A stretch of 64,000 nt of DNA from the IMG/VR virus record IMGVR_UViG_3300042945_001689, positions 44,125 to 108,124 of that record, one strand, 5' to 3'. The notes under the pieces were generated by a model, which saw only the letters and a list, made by a program, of their open reading frames with translations, searched no databases and was not told the origin of the DNA. This stretch comes from a virus. The translations under genes and the position numbers were made by a program. Of this stretch, positions 54,467 to 64,000 are shown one piece after another; the first letter of the stretch is position 1, and every line of letters starts with the position of its first letter.

Positions 54467-55888
54467 TTATTTGTAAATAGGAAAGTTATATGTTTTTTCC
54501 CATTCAATTATATCATGCTCGTCATTAAGCAGGGGCTGGCCCTTAATATTTAAACTTGTATTTAATAATACTGGGACCCCTGTTTCTAAAAAAAACTTAT
54601 TCAATACTCGCCATAAACCAGAATGCTGTTCTCTATTTACTGTTTGAACTCTACTTGTTCCGTCAATATGAACAACAGATGGTATTTGACTAGGTCTTAA
54701 ACACTTTACGGCATACTGCATATAAGGACTAGTAAAAGACATGTCAAACCATTTTGATGCGTATTCTTCCATAACTACTGGGGCAAAAGGTCTAAATAGT
54801 TCTCTTTGTTTTATTTTGTTTACCTTATCTTTAATGCTAGGATCTCTAGGATCTGCCAAAATACTTCTATTCCCTAATGCTCTAGGCCCATATTCTGCTC
54901 TACCGTTTGCAACTGCAACTATTTTATTTTTCTTTATTGCCTCAAAAATTTCTACTGCTGGATACTTATCTCCAATTTTATGACCTAAATAAGGTCCTTG
55001 CCAATCAAGATGTTTGCCATATAATGCTGCTGCTGCCCCCAAAGACGAACCAGCATCTCCAGGATTAGGCATAATCCAAACATCTTCAAATATATCCCAT
55101 AGTTTTGTATTAGCAGAACAGTTTAATGCACAACCACCCATAAAAACTAACTTTGTTTTTTTTGTTTTTTGTTTTGCATATCTCATAAATTCTATAAGCC
55201 TGTCTTCATAAACTTTTTGAACCGCTGCTGCAATGTCAAATTTATCTTGTTCTAAAATTGTATGTGGCCAATCATGTATTCCTTTATGAAGATTATATTT
55301 TTGTCCATTAAAAACAGGAAAATATTCATCTACCTTTTTTAAATATTTTGATGGATCACCATAACCAGCCATGCCCATAAAAATATACTCTTCTTCATTT
55401 GGTTTTAATCCTACAAGTTTTGTAAATGCTGAATAAAATAATCCAAAACTTATTGGATAATTAATTGATTCAATATGATTTATTTTATTTCCTTCACCAG
55501 TCCAAATTGTAGACGTGTTCCACTCACCAATAGCATCAAGAACAACTATCAATGCATTATCAAACTTACTTGTATAGTATCCTGCTGCTGCATGTGAGTA
55601 ATGGTGTTTAAAGTTTACCCTTGGTATTCCTAAAAGATCAAATTTAGGTTTCCAATCTGATGACCCACCAAATAACAGCCTAGATTTTTTTAAATATGGT
55701 TTTTCATAATATGCAATCTTATCTGGTTTGCCATAGTTAAATGCATCATTAATCAACTGTTGATTGATATACCAGTCATTTTTTTGTTTGCTGTATCTTT
55801 CTGCATGCCCTGCAAAAAGTATTTCTCCATCTTTAATCAAAGATACAGATGCATCGTGAGACGTTTCGTTAATACCTAATATAATCAC
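54467..55888 (-). CDS. Carbamoyltransferase (NodU/CmcH family)
   Basis: HD, HH.SHAA, GGCALN, EYGPRALGNRS, NTSLN; GTG start right after tRNA-Thr. Confidence 0.92.
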   Translation of the reverse strand: MIILGINETSHDASVSLIKDGEILFAGHAERYSKQKNDWYINQQLINDAFNYGKPDKIAYYEKPYLKKSRLLFGGSSDWKPKFDLLGIPRVNFKHHYSHAAAGYYTSKFDNALIVVLDAIGEWNTSTIWTGEGNKINHIESINYPISFGLFYSAFTKLVGLKPNEEEYIFMGMAGYGDPSKYLKKVDEYFPVFNGQKYNLHKGIHDWPHTILEQDKFDIAAAVQKVYEDRLIEFMRYAKQKTKKTKLVFMGGCALNCSANTKLWDIFEDVWIMPNPGDAGSSLGAAAALYGKHLDWQGPYLGHKIGDKYPAVEIFEAIKKNKIVAVANGRAEYGPRALGNRSILADPRDPSIKDKVNKIKQRELFRPFAPVVMEEYASKWFDMSFTSPYMQYAVKCLRPSQIPSVVHIDGTSRVQTVNREQHSGLWRVLNKFFLETGVPVLLNTSLNIKGQPLLNDEHDIIEWEKTYNFPIYK

Positions 55889-55889
55889 G

Positions 55890-55960
55890 AGCCTCTTGTA
55901 AGAATCGAACTTACGCATCCCGCTTACAAGGCGGGGGCACTACCACTATGCTAAAGAGGC
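55890..55960 (-). tRNA. tRNA-Thr(TGT)
   Basis: acceptor GCCTCTT/AAGAGGC; CCCGC-CT-TGT-AA-GCGGG; GTTCGA T-loop. Confidence 0.92.
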
Positions 55961-55967
55961 AACACTA

Positions 55968-57260
55968 CTAATTAATTTTAACATATACCTTGTTATTTGT
56001 AAAATCAGCAACTGAAATACTTAAACCATCAAGTGTTATTGATGTATTATTATCGTGTAACTCTTTAATAAGAACATATGGTGCATGTCCATGCCAAATT
56101 GAAGTGTCTACCAAATAAACAATAACAGTGTTTTTTCCAAAATAATATTCTGATTGTGTTCTATATTCAATAAATATTGATTTGCCATCTGATATTTTAA
56201 TTGAAATTAACCTGTTCTCATTTTTTAAATTTAACGAAAACAAATTTATAAAAGAATTTGAATTTTTTGTCAAACATAAAACATTTTTATCTTCTATCCA
56301 TCCAGCAGACCATCTATGCCATCCAAGAATGTCGGCGTTATATGCGTTAGCCATAAAATCCCAATTTTTCATTGGATTTGAGAAATCAAAATGGTTATAC
56401 AAATCTTCAAAACCTAGCCAACCATGACCCAACTCGTGAGCAATTATTTCCCAGGTTCCCGATGTTTGTCCGCCATCTAATACGACAGTATGTATTTTTT
56501 CTCCATGGAAATCAAAATAATTTCCTTTTGTTTTTAGCAATCCCCCTGCAAAATAGTATTTCGTTTTATTATTGGTCTGTATTGCAACTATGTCATATGA
56601 GGAAAGTTTTAATTCTTTACTTGAATTGTTAAATATTTCCTGGACCAATGAATCCTGACTAACCTTTTTGCCGTTGGGAGAAAGTCCATACTGATCCATG
56701 GTGTTTGGCAATCGGACCCAATAGTCTTTTTCCGCAATCTTGTAGGCTAAATTTGCTTTTCCATATGAATTAAATGAAAAATATTTTTTTACTTTCTTCA
56801 TTTGTTCTTCTAAGTTCTTGAAATCTGAATCATCAAAGATCAAATCTTTAAAGGAGACTGGCAAAACAATTAATGACAACTCTTGCGGATTTTTAAAATT
56901 ACTGTAGGTAAATCGTTCAAAGCCTGATGAAACGAGTTGCACATTTTTATTTACTGTAGCGTCTACTATTTTGCAGGCATCTATTTCTAGATAGGTTCCA
57001 AGTGAATCAGGTATGGGAGTGGGTGTTGGAGTTGGACTTGAGGTTGCACTTGGAGTAGGAGTTGGCTTAACAATTACTACGCCCTTGTTCCAAACCAACT
57101 TCTTTCCTGATTTAATGCATGTGTAAACCTTGTCTTGATTAGTAACTTTCTGCTTATAGATCTTGCATGTAGATCTAGGAGTTATATTTTCGGCGTTAGC
57201 GCTACCTATTGATGAAACAAAAAAAAATATAATTGTTATAAATGTTAAAAGTTTTTTCAT
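55968..57260 (-). CDS. Secreted M6-like zinc metallopeptidase
   Basis: signal peptide, PT linker, HELGH..G..DLY, WDFM. Confidence 0.75.
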   Translation of the reverse strand: MKKLLTFITIIFFFVSSIGSANAENITPRSTCKIYKQKVTNQDKVYTCIKSGKKLVWNKGVVIVKPTPTPSATSSPTPTPTPIPDSLGTYLEIDACKIVDATVNKNVQLVSSGFERFTYSNFKNPQELSLIVLPVSFKDLIFDDSDFKNLEEQMKKVKKYFSFNSYGKANLAYKIAEKDYWVRLPNTMDQYGLSPNGKKVSQDSLVQEIFNNSSKELKLSSYDIVAIQTNNKTKYYFAGGLLKTKGNYFDFHGEKIHTVVLDGGQTSGTWEIIAHELGHGWLGFEDLYNHFDFSNPMKNWDFMANAYNADILGWHRWSAGWIEDKNVLCLTKNSNSFINLFSLNLKNENRLISIKISDGKSIFIEYRTQSEYYFGKNTVIVYLVDTSIWHGHAPYVLIKELHDNNTSITLDGLSISVADFTNNKVYVKIN

Positions 57261-57460
57261 ATAAAAATCCTAATGACGTGTTCGCATGGGTCGCCCCCTG
57301 CTTCCCACTCTTCTATTTCTTCTTGACTCATAAACTCGTATCCACCATCATGTGTGTGACAATATGGGTTACTTACCCAACCTCTTTCAATTCCATTTGT
57401 AAGCCAAATACCAAATTCTTTTTCTCCTGCTGATAAATCTTCTTCACCTAAATGATTCAT
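57257..57460 (-). CDS. Hypothetical protein
   Basis: C.THDG..GGDPC.H. Confidence 0.7.
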   Translation of the reverse strand: MNHLGEEDLSAGEKEFGIWLTNGIERGWVSNPYCHTHDGGYEFMSQEEIEEWEAGGDPCEHVIRIFI

Positions 57461-57475
57461 AACTATATTTTATCC

Positions 57476-58000
57476 TTAAATGCTAACTGTGTCAATAGGA
57501 CCCATACATGATGTTGAGAATTTAATTGCAGATGCAACTGCACCAATAGATCTTTTACGTGCATCCTTTTGATTTTCTGTAGCAAACAAATACCCCATTG
57601 CATATGACGAGCCAGAACCCATTGTAAGATATTCATTATTATATTGAGTTAATGACATGTCTGCTGCACTATGTTCAAAGATTTCACCTTTAACGCAAAT
57701 GATCATTCCAAAATCAGAATCTTTTGAAACGTCTACCCACCAATCATTATAAAAATCTCTAAGTTCTTTGATAAACTTTGTATACATAAATTTTTGTATA
57801 TTGTTTCCAGTTGGAATAGATGGTTTAAAATTATGTCGAATGCGTTCGCCATCCATACTGCCTGCATAACCGATAATATACGGACCTAATTGCCAAACTT
57901 TTGGCGTGGAAGATGCAAGCATCATATCATCATCAGATACACCACGTTCACCAGACATATAAATTTTATCTTCTTTACGAACAGCAACAATACAAGTCAC
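57476..58000 (-). CDS. HslV/proteasome-beta-like Ntn protease
   Basis: GTG then N-terminal Thr (TCIVAV), PKV, GSGSSYAMG. Confidence 0.75.
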   Translation of the reverse strand: MTCIVAVRKEDKIYMSGERGVSDDDMMLASSTPKVWQLGPYIIGYAGSMDGERIRHNFKPSIPTGNNIQKFMYTKFIKELRDFYNDWWVDVSKDSDFGMIICVKGEIFEHSAADMSLTQYNNEYLTMGSGSSYAMGYLFATENQKDARKRSIGAVASAIKFSTSCMGPIDTVSI

Positions 58001-58077
58001 AAATACCCCTTTAATAGCACCTAAATCAATTGTACCATCAGAGGGGTATCGTGTCAAACAACCCAGACCAAAATGTC

Positions 58078-58368
58078 CTATTTGCCCTTTTTGTCCACCG
58101 CAGAAAACGCATTATTGATTTCTTGAATGGTCAGTTTTCCGTCATCCAGAAAGCCCCTAGCGAGTCTTTCAACTACTGTTGCAACTCCTAATGTGCCAGC
58201 CAAAATAACAGCCTTTGCTGTGCTAATTCCTACTACTGCTCCAGCACCTATTACGGATAGTCCTGATGCTGCAAATACTGCAATAATACGCATAATAATA
58301 TTATTAATGCTTGCGATAGCGCCAGATCCAACTTGGGTAGGCTCTTCAATTTGTTTTGCTCTTGCCAT
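58078..58368 (-). CDS. Small membrane protein
   Basis: two TM helices, DDGKLT..EIN. Confidence 0.7.
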   Translation of the reverse strand: MARAKQIEEPTQVGSGAIASINNIIMRIIAVFAASGLSVIGAGAVVGISTAKAVILAGTLGVATVVERLARGFLDDGKLTIQEINNAFSAVDKKGK

Positions 58369-58370
58369 AT

Positions 58371-58553
58371 TTAGTCCCCCTCCCTATTTCTTATTGGACT
58401 TGTGATTATCCAAAGAGTTGTAGTCGCCATGATTCCATAACCAACTATTGTTTTTGCACTACCATCTAATACTACCCAGGCAATAAACATTCCAAGAAGG
58501 GTCCATGCCTGATCTATTAGATCTTTTATTATATTTTTTATTATTCTTACCAT
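58371..58553 (-). CDS. Small membrane protein
   Basis: two TM helices. Confidence 0.7.
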   Translation of the reverse strand: MVRIIKNIIKDLIDQAWTLLGMFIAWVVLDGSAKTIVGYGIMATTTLWIITSPIRNREGD

Positions 58554-60694
58554 TTTCTTCCTCCTCTTGAACCTGGTGAGTTGGCTCCTGAGCCCCCACC
58601 AGAACTTCCTCCGCTACCTGAACCTCCTGTAGCGCCACCTGCTGCTACTGCTGCTGCGTTAATTGCTGCACCTGTTGCAACAACTGTTGCCACAACCATA
58701 TCTGTTGCTTCTTCTCGTTCTTCCTCAGTCATATCTGCACCAATACTTCCAAGGGCTGCTAATGCTGCTCCTGGGTCAGTAAATGCTGCTTCTAATAATG
58801 CTCCTGGGTCTTGAACTAATTCTATGTTTGCAGCAACTTCAGCAGTAATAATAAGTGCGTTTCCATTTTCGTCAGTGCGTAGTTCTACTGGTGTTTCTGG
58901 TGGAAGATCTGCGTATGAAACTCCAGATGCCTGTACTTCTGCTGCTGAAATTGATTCTCCTGGCTTAAGATCTTCTATTAATGCTGCTACTACAACATCT
59001 TTTTGTTCTTCAGTTAATTCTTTACCATCTTTTGCATCTTCAAGTATTTCGTTTAATTCTTCTTCTTCTGCTTTTGCTTCTTCTTCAGCAGCCTTTTCTT
59101 CTTCTAATTCTTTTGCTTCGACTTCTTCAGCAATTCTTTTTTCTTCTGCAAGTGCTTCAGCCTCTGCTTCTGCCTTTGCTTTTGCAATTGCTTCTTCTTC
59201 TGCTGCTATACGCTCAGCCTCTGCCTTTGCTTCTTCTGCAAGTCTTTCTTCTTCCGCTATGCGCTCTGCCTCTATGCGTTCAGCCTCTGCTTTTGCTTCT
59301 GCTTCTGCTTTTTCTTCTGCTTCTTTAAGTTCTGCTGCAATGCGATCTGCTTCTTCTTGGGCTTCTATCTCTGCTTGAATTCTTGCTGCTTCAATCTCTG
59401 CTGCTTCACGGTCAGCCTTTTCTTTTAGTTCCAATTCTGCTTTAATTCTTTCTGCTTCTTGTGCTGCTTGAAGTGCTGCAATTCTTTCAGCCTCTGCTTG
59501 AGCTGCTGCTGCCTGGGCTGCAATTAATGCTGCTGTTTCTGCCTGTATCCTTGCTGCTTCTGCTTGTTGTGCTGCTGCTAATGCTGCAGTTGTTGCAGCA
59601 ATTTCTGCTTCAGTTGGCCCAGTTGGTATTGTCACAGTTGTTGTTTCGCTAGGTGTAGGTGTAGTGACTGTTGATGTTTCACTAGGTGTTGTCACGGTTT
59701 CTGTTTCAGGTGTTGGCGTTGTGACTGTTATTGTTTCAGGTGTAGGTATTGTTACTGTTATTGTTTCAGGTGTAGGTATTGTTACTGTTGCTGTTTGAGA
59801 AGGGCTAGGGGTTGGAGTAGGGGTAGGCTCTGGAGCAGGGGCTACATATGTAGAACCAGTAACAACATTTGAATTTGCAGAGTAAAGGGAGAAGGTATCG
59901 TTATCTGATCTAATATGAAATGACCATATTGTTCCTGCTGGCATAAGACCATCTAGCAAGGAATGGTCAATTGTAATTGTTGTATTTAAAGAGTTTGGTC
60001 CGCCAACATTTCCAGTAGCAATTCCCCAACCATTACATCCAGTACAATTAAAACTAATTGCATATCTTTCTGGTTGAGTGTTTCCAGTGTCTGGTGCTTC
60101 CCAACTTAAAACTGTTGATGTTTCTCCACTACTTATTGTTAAATTTCTTGGAGGTCCTATTGTTTTTACTACTGGTGCTGATTGTGAAGTAAATGCTGAT
60201 GCTGGAATAATATCCATAGATCCAGACTGATCCCAATGAAGGAATACATTTGCTCCCCCGCCATTTTCATAATACATTAATTCTATTGTTTTTGGAATAC
60301 CTGCTGTAAATGATATTGGATCACTAATAGTACCTCCACCGCCTTTATCACGCCAGTCATCTGCTACTAAGACTCCATCAATGTAAAGCTTTGTACCATC
60401 ATCTGCTGTTGCTAAAAATGATATATTTTGAGTAGAATCGCTTCTAATTGACCCAGTAAATCGTACGATAACATCCTCTGAAGGGCCACCTAATACACTA
60501 CCAGAACCCCACTGGAAGTCAATGTTAGGTACATTAGTCGTGACGACTGGAGAGGCTCCCTGGGGTATGTAGGGAGAGCCATTTTGTCCTAGTACATTAT
60601 AGACTTGAGCAGTCAAACCTTCTGCTGCGTGGGCTTTATCAATTATTAAAAGCAGGGGAAATAGAGCAAGGGATAAAACCAATGCTACTCTCAA
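58547..60694 (-). CDS. Secreted/membrane PA14 + FN3 + Thr/Pro linker + Ala/Glu coiled-coil protein
   Basis: signal peptide; PA14 (IDFQWG, ADDG..LYIDG, YYENGG); TP repeats; EAERIAA repeats; hydrophobic helix and Gly tail. Confidence 0.8.
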   Translation of the reverse strand: MRVALVLSLALFPLLLIIDKAHAAEGLTAQVYNVLGQNGSPYIPQGASPVVTTNVPNIDFQWGSGSVLGGPSEDVIVRFTGSIRSDSTQNISFLATADDGTKLYIDGVLVADDWRDKGGGGTISDPISFTAGIPKTIELMYYENGGGANVFLHWDQSGSMDIIPASAFTSQSAPVVKTIGPPRNLTISSGETSTVLSWEAPDTGNTQPERYAISFNCTGCNGWGIATGNVGGPNSLNTTITIDHSLLDGLMPAGTIWSFHIRSDNDTFSLYSANSNVVTGSTYVAPAPEPTPTPTPSPSQTATVTIPTPETITVTIPTPETITVTTPTPETETVTTPSETSTVTTPTPSETTTVTIPTGPTEAEIAATTAALAAAQQAEAARIQAETAALIAAQAAAAQAEAERIAALQAAQEAERIKAELELKEKADREAAEIEAARIQAEIEAQEEADRIAAELKEAEEKAEAEAKAEAERIEAERIAEEERLAEEAKAEAERIAAEEEAIAKAKAEAEAEALAEEKRIAEEVEAKELEEEKAAEEEAKAEEEELNEILEDAKDGKELTEEQKDVVVAALIEDLKPGESISAAEVQASGVSYADLPPETPVELRTDENGNALIITAEVAANIELVQDPGALLEAAFTDPGAALAALGSIGADMTEEEREEATDMVVATVVATGAAINAAAVAAGGATGGSGSGGSSGGGSGANSPGSRGGRKW

Positions 60695-60771
60695 TAACTT
60701 TTTAATCTTTAACTCCTTATAGTCGTAGTGGTGATATGACTAATAAGGCTATTATATCATTTTATTGCAAC

Positions 60772-60805
60772 AAAAAAGAGGGCCAGCACTAAAACTGACC
60801 CTCTT
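60772..60805 (-). terminator. Intrinsic terminator
   Basis: AAGAGGGTCAG..CTGGCCCTCTTTTTT on minus strand. Confidence 0.75.
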
Positions 60806-60817
60806 ATTGTTAAGGTA

Positions 60818-62524
60818 TTAAGCCTTTACCTTCTTAGCAATCTTTGCAACTACCGTTGCAAGTGACTTGATTTGTGCTTGAAGTCCAGCAATTAACTTAG
60901 CTACAGACTCTGAAAGAGCTGCAACTGCATCTGTTGCTGCTTGTGCTGCTGCAGTTGCAGCATCTGCTGCTTTAGCTGCATCAAGCGCTGCAGTTGTTGC
61001 TGCGTTAGAAGCCTCTAGAGCTTCTTTTGCTGCATCTGTTGCTGCCTTCTGTGCAGAATCTTCAACAAGTGCCTCTGCAGAAACTACAACCTGACCTGCT
61101 ACTGGAAGAGATGATCCACCAGTTGCTGTAATCTTAATTGTATTTTGTACAAGTGGCATAAAGACCTTGTATGTCTTAACTGTTGCTGTATCTGTTGTTA
61201 CAGAAGCAGATGTTAGTACATCAGATGCTGATCCAAATGCATAGTTAGAAACAATTCCACCTGTAGCAAATAGATTAGCGTGTGTCTTACCAGATACTGG
61301 AAGACCTGCTGCATCTAGAACCTGAACTGTAATAGTCGCTGCTTCTCCTGGAAGGTACTGAGCCTTATCAAAAGACAACTTGACAGTTGCTGCTGCACCC
61401 TCTACACGAGTTGCAACTGGTGCAGATGATACTGTTCCTGACTTAACAGTTACAGCAACTCCACCTGTCTTAACTCCTGTAAGAGTAAATAGTGCTTCAC
61501 CATTTACGATTGTTGCTGCAGTTCCTGAATCAGATACCACTGAAACATCGCTTGAGAAAGCATTAAGTGTTCCTGCTCCAACTGTTACTCCAGCAGCATC
61601 GTATGCTACTGCCTTAATTGTTGAAACATTTGATCCCACTGGGATAACAGACTTAACTGTTGTTGCTACGATAGATGCGATATCTCCATAGAATGTTACC
61701 TTCTCAGTTGCAAGAACTACACCTGCAAGTGTTGTAAGGGTAATTGTTGATACTCCTGCTGTACCGTCAGCAAATACACCAATATGGTTTCCTGAAGGAA
61801 TTACCAATGAGCGACCTTGTGCTGAAATTGATGTTGCATTTGATCCGCTACCAATCATTCCTGAACCTGAAACTGTTGCAAGAATTGACTCAGTTGCTGA
61901 TCCTCCTGCTGCATTCTTAGGTGTAACAACAATTACTGCTGCTGCATCTGTTGAAGTAGCCTTTGGAGCATAAACTGTAGCATCTGCTGTTGCAGTTGTT
62001 ACTTCGCCAGCATTAAGGATAGATGTAGTAGTTGAAGCAGATGGAGTTAGATCCGCTGCCTTAACTGTTACTGTCCATGAAACTGATGGTCCATTGATTG
62101 GGCTTGTTGTCAAAATTCTTGCATCATATGTACCTGCAACTGTTGGTGCATTCAAAGTTACCAAGAACTTTGCTGTTACATATGTTGGTGTGTTAACTGT
62201 TGAGTTAACGTTTGCTGAAACATTATTTCCTGCAATAACTACTGAGGATGTTGATGTTTCTAGAAGTGATAGGGTTGCAGACTTTGCTGCCCCTGTTGGC
62301 TGAGAGAACATAGCAGAGATAATTGTTGCTGTATCTGCTGATGTTTCTGAAATAAACGACAATGTTACTACTGCTGTAGCAGACTCACCAGATGTCACAG
62401 CGTCTGTTGCTGAGTCAATGGCTAGAGTTGGTGCGTTTACAGCAGCACTTGTCGGAAGTGCTGATAGTACGCCAAAAGACATTGCTGCAGCTAGTCCCAA
62501 AGCGATTTTCTTAAATGAATTCAC
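60818..62524 (-). CDS. Secreted Ig-like surface protein with C-terminal coiled coil
   Basis: signal peptide MNSFKKIA..; Ala/Thr/Val-rich beta domains; D..G.PV motifs. Confidence 0.65.
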   Translation of the reverse strand: MNSFKKIALGLAAAMSFGVLSALPTSAAVNAPTLAIDSATDAVTSGESATAVVTLSFISETSADTATIISAMFSQPTGAAKSATLSLLETSTSSVVIAGNNVSANVNSTVNTPTYVTAKFLVTLNAPTVAGTYDARILTTSPINGPSVSWTVTVKAADLTPSASTTTSILNAGEVTTATADATVYAPKATSTDAAAVIVVTPKNAAGGSATESILATVSGSGMIGSGSNATSISAQGRSLVIPSGNHIGVFADGTAGVSTITLTTLAGVVLATEKVTFYGDIASIVATTVKSVIPVGSNVSTIKAVAYDAAGVTVGAGTLNAFSSDVSVVSDSGTAATIVNGEALFTLTGVKTGGVAVTVKSGTVSSAPVATRVEGAAATVKLSFDKAQYLPGEAATITVQVLDAAGLPVSGKTHANLFATGGIVSNYAFGSASDVLTSASVTTDTATVKTYKVFMPLVQNTIKITATGGSSLPVAGQVVVSAEALVEDSAQKAATDAAKEALEASNAATTAALDAAKAADAATAAAQAATDAVAALSESVAKLIAGLQAQIKSLATVVAKIAKKVKA

Positions 62525-62537
62525 TTACTTCTCCTTA

Positions 62538-63998
62538 TTATATTAGTTTTAAATTGTCAAGAAAATCCCTGACATCTTCAGGCATTTGCCTGTCTTCCAA
62601 TTCTACCATAGCTCTTTGCTGTCTTGCAAGTTTATCACTTGTTCCCCAGGTATGGATCTCTATTTCAATATCTATATCCTTTGGGGTGTGAGAGATAGCA
62701 CCAAAAACAGCACCACAAACAGCATCTGCCAAGTCTTTAGATTTCTTTCTAGGGTGATCAACACGATTGCCCTTCATAATCTTCAACTCTGACATTTCTT
62801 CCAAGAGTAATGGAATCATTGGCATAGCAACTCGCTCTTCATAGATCATCATTGCTAAATCTTCGTAGTGTTTTTTTGCAACAGAAACAGTATCAGTTCT
62901 TATTCCTACTGCTTTAAGTTCTTGTTGAATATCAAATGATTGCCAACGGTCAAAAGAAACCATTCCTATATTAAAGCCTTGCCTTCTAAGGTTTTGAATC
63001 CACTGCTTAACCTGAGATAGATCAACTGGTCCTTCTGATCTTGGTTCCCACCATGCTACTGCATCTACTATTACGATAGGTGCTACTTGTTCATAATCTT
63101 TAATTACCTGGATATTTACCCACTTATCTACGTGAGCAATTGCTACCGCACACTTATCGTGCTTTTGTGCAAGGTCAGCGTGAACATAATAAATTTTATC
63201 TGGATCTGGTTTAAAGTTTTCTGCAAACCTTCTAAAACTATCAACAGGATTTGTTAATGTCATACAGCTAATTAGCTTGTCCTTTTGCTTAAAAAAAGCA
63301 TCAGATGAGTACGTTGGGGTACAAAGAAAACGCATCATTGCATCTCCTAAGTCTGTTAAGAATGCAATCTTAAAGTCATCAATCTTACGGGTAGGGTTTA
63401 CATCCCAAGTTGGACGCTTTAGTGCAAATATCTTAGGAATTTTATATGAAAGTATATTATCCTCATCCCATGATATTTCAAAATTGTTGTCTGGATTATC
63501 GTGTGGTAGATCTTCATTAATAATAAACTTATGTGTTTTTTCTATTACTTCTTTCTCAGCAATAACTGAATCATACCGTTGAGAAATAAAGTCACCTTGA
63601 TAGCGGGGAAATGAAAGAAGAACAACCTTACCAAGATCAGGAAAACGAGAATCTACAGTACCACGAAAAGCTTTGTATATGTTATCAGCAGTCTTTCCTT
63701 GTTCATTTCCTGTTGCTACCTCAGATGCAAAACCAGAAATTTCATCAAGGACTGCCATAAACAAGTTCAAACCTTCGTGTGACTCACGCTCAGAGTGTCC
63801 AGAATAAACTGTGATTGATTTGTCAAACTCAACTGAGTCTGCTTTTGGATTATACTTTCCTGCAAACCATGGTGATCTTTCAATCTTTGATTTAAAACCT
63901 TTAAAAAAAACGTTCTTTGCCTGCTGAGCATTAACTGCAACGTTGATAATGTCAATAGCATCTCCCGCAGGCTTTCCATAGTAAACTGCAGGGTCTTT
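62538..63998 (-). CDS. terL: Terminase large subunit (5' part outside window)
   Basis: frame open to window edge; A.NAQQA, Walker B AVLDE, LLSFP, nuclease HADLA..D, FDRWQS, DH..SKDLADA. Confidence 0.88.
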   Translation of the reverse strand, partial: KDPAVYYGKPAGDAIDIINVAVNAQQAKNVFFKGFKSKIERSPWFAGKYNPKADSVEFDKSITVYSGHSERESHEGLNLFMAVLDEISGFASEVATGNEQGKTADNIYKAFRGTVDSRFPDLGKVVLLSFPRYQGDFISQRYDSVIAEKEVIEKTHKFIINEDLPHDNPDNNFEISWDEDNILSYKIPKIFALKRPTWDVNPTRKIDDFKIAFLTDLGDAMMRFLCTPTYSSDAFFKQKDKLISCMTLTNPVDSFRRFAENFKPDPDKIYYVHADLAQKHDKCAVAIAHVDKWVNIQVIKDYEQVAPIVIVDAVAWWEPRSEGPVDLSQVKQWIQNLRRQGFNIGMVSFDRWQSFDIQQELKAVGIRTDTVSVAKKHYEDLAMMIYEERVAMPMIPLLLEEMSELKIMKGNRVDHPRKKSKDLADAVCGAVFGAISHTPKDIDIEIEIHTWGTSDKLARQQRAMVELEDRQMPEDVRDFLDNLKLI

Positions 63999-64000
63999 AA

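Noticed and set aside
58581-62303. + strand Ser/Ala/Leu-rich ORFs
   Set aside because: Antisense shadows of low-complexity minus-strand genes
63767-63979. Separate ORF or frameshift upstream of terminase
   Set aside because: The terminase frame is open from 63998 through 63770; the 70-aa ORF is an out-of-frame overlap
1-64000. Stop-codon reassignment or prophage integration
   Set aside because: Genes are intact and tightly packed under the standard code; no suppressor tRNA, integrase or host junction seen

Overview
AT-rich window from a large tailed dsDNA phage. An actinobacterial host is inferred from WhiB, many leaderless extended -10 promoters and host-like secreted proteins; a freshwater acI-type host is plausible but unproven. 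1-18.3 kb: minus-strand tail/fibre genes with a module present twice: fibre gene -> FN3-(PPPF)n-Hint protein -> prolyl-4-hydroxylase-like 2OG-Fe(II) oxygenases plus a DUF6065-like gene. 20.3-33.1 kb: probable early/host-takeover region (possibly a long terminal repeat) of small ORFs split into cassettes. It has 8 CCCGCGGG palindromes at boundaries, 6 covarying H-type RNA pseudoknots, a hairpin with three identical internal loops, a TGTCAG-N10-TANNNT promoter class, and CRP and DnaA boxes. 34-57 kb: auxiliary genes (pstS between 34-bp direct repeats, nuclease, thioredoxin, five of the six tRNAs, glycosyl/methyl/sulfo/carbamoyl-transferases, WhiB, CHAP amidase, holin). 57-64 kb: HslV-like protease, PA14/FN3 membrane protein, Ig-like surface protein and the 3' part of the terminase large subunit. 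All family calls are by-eye motif recognition; no searches were run.
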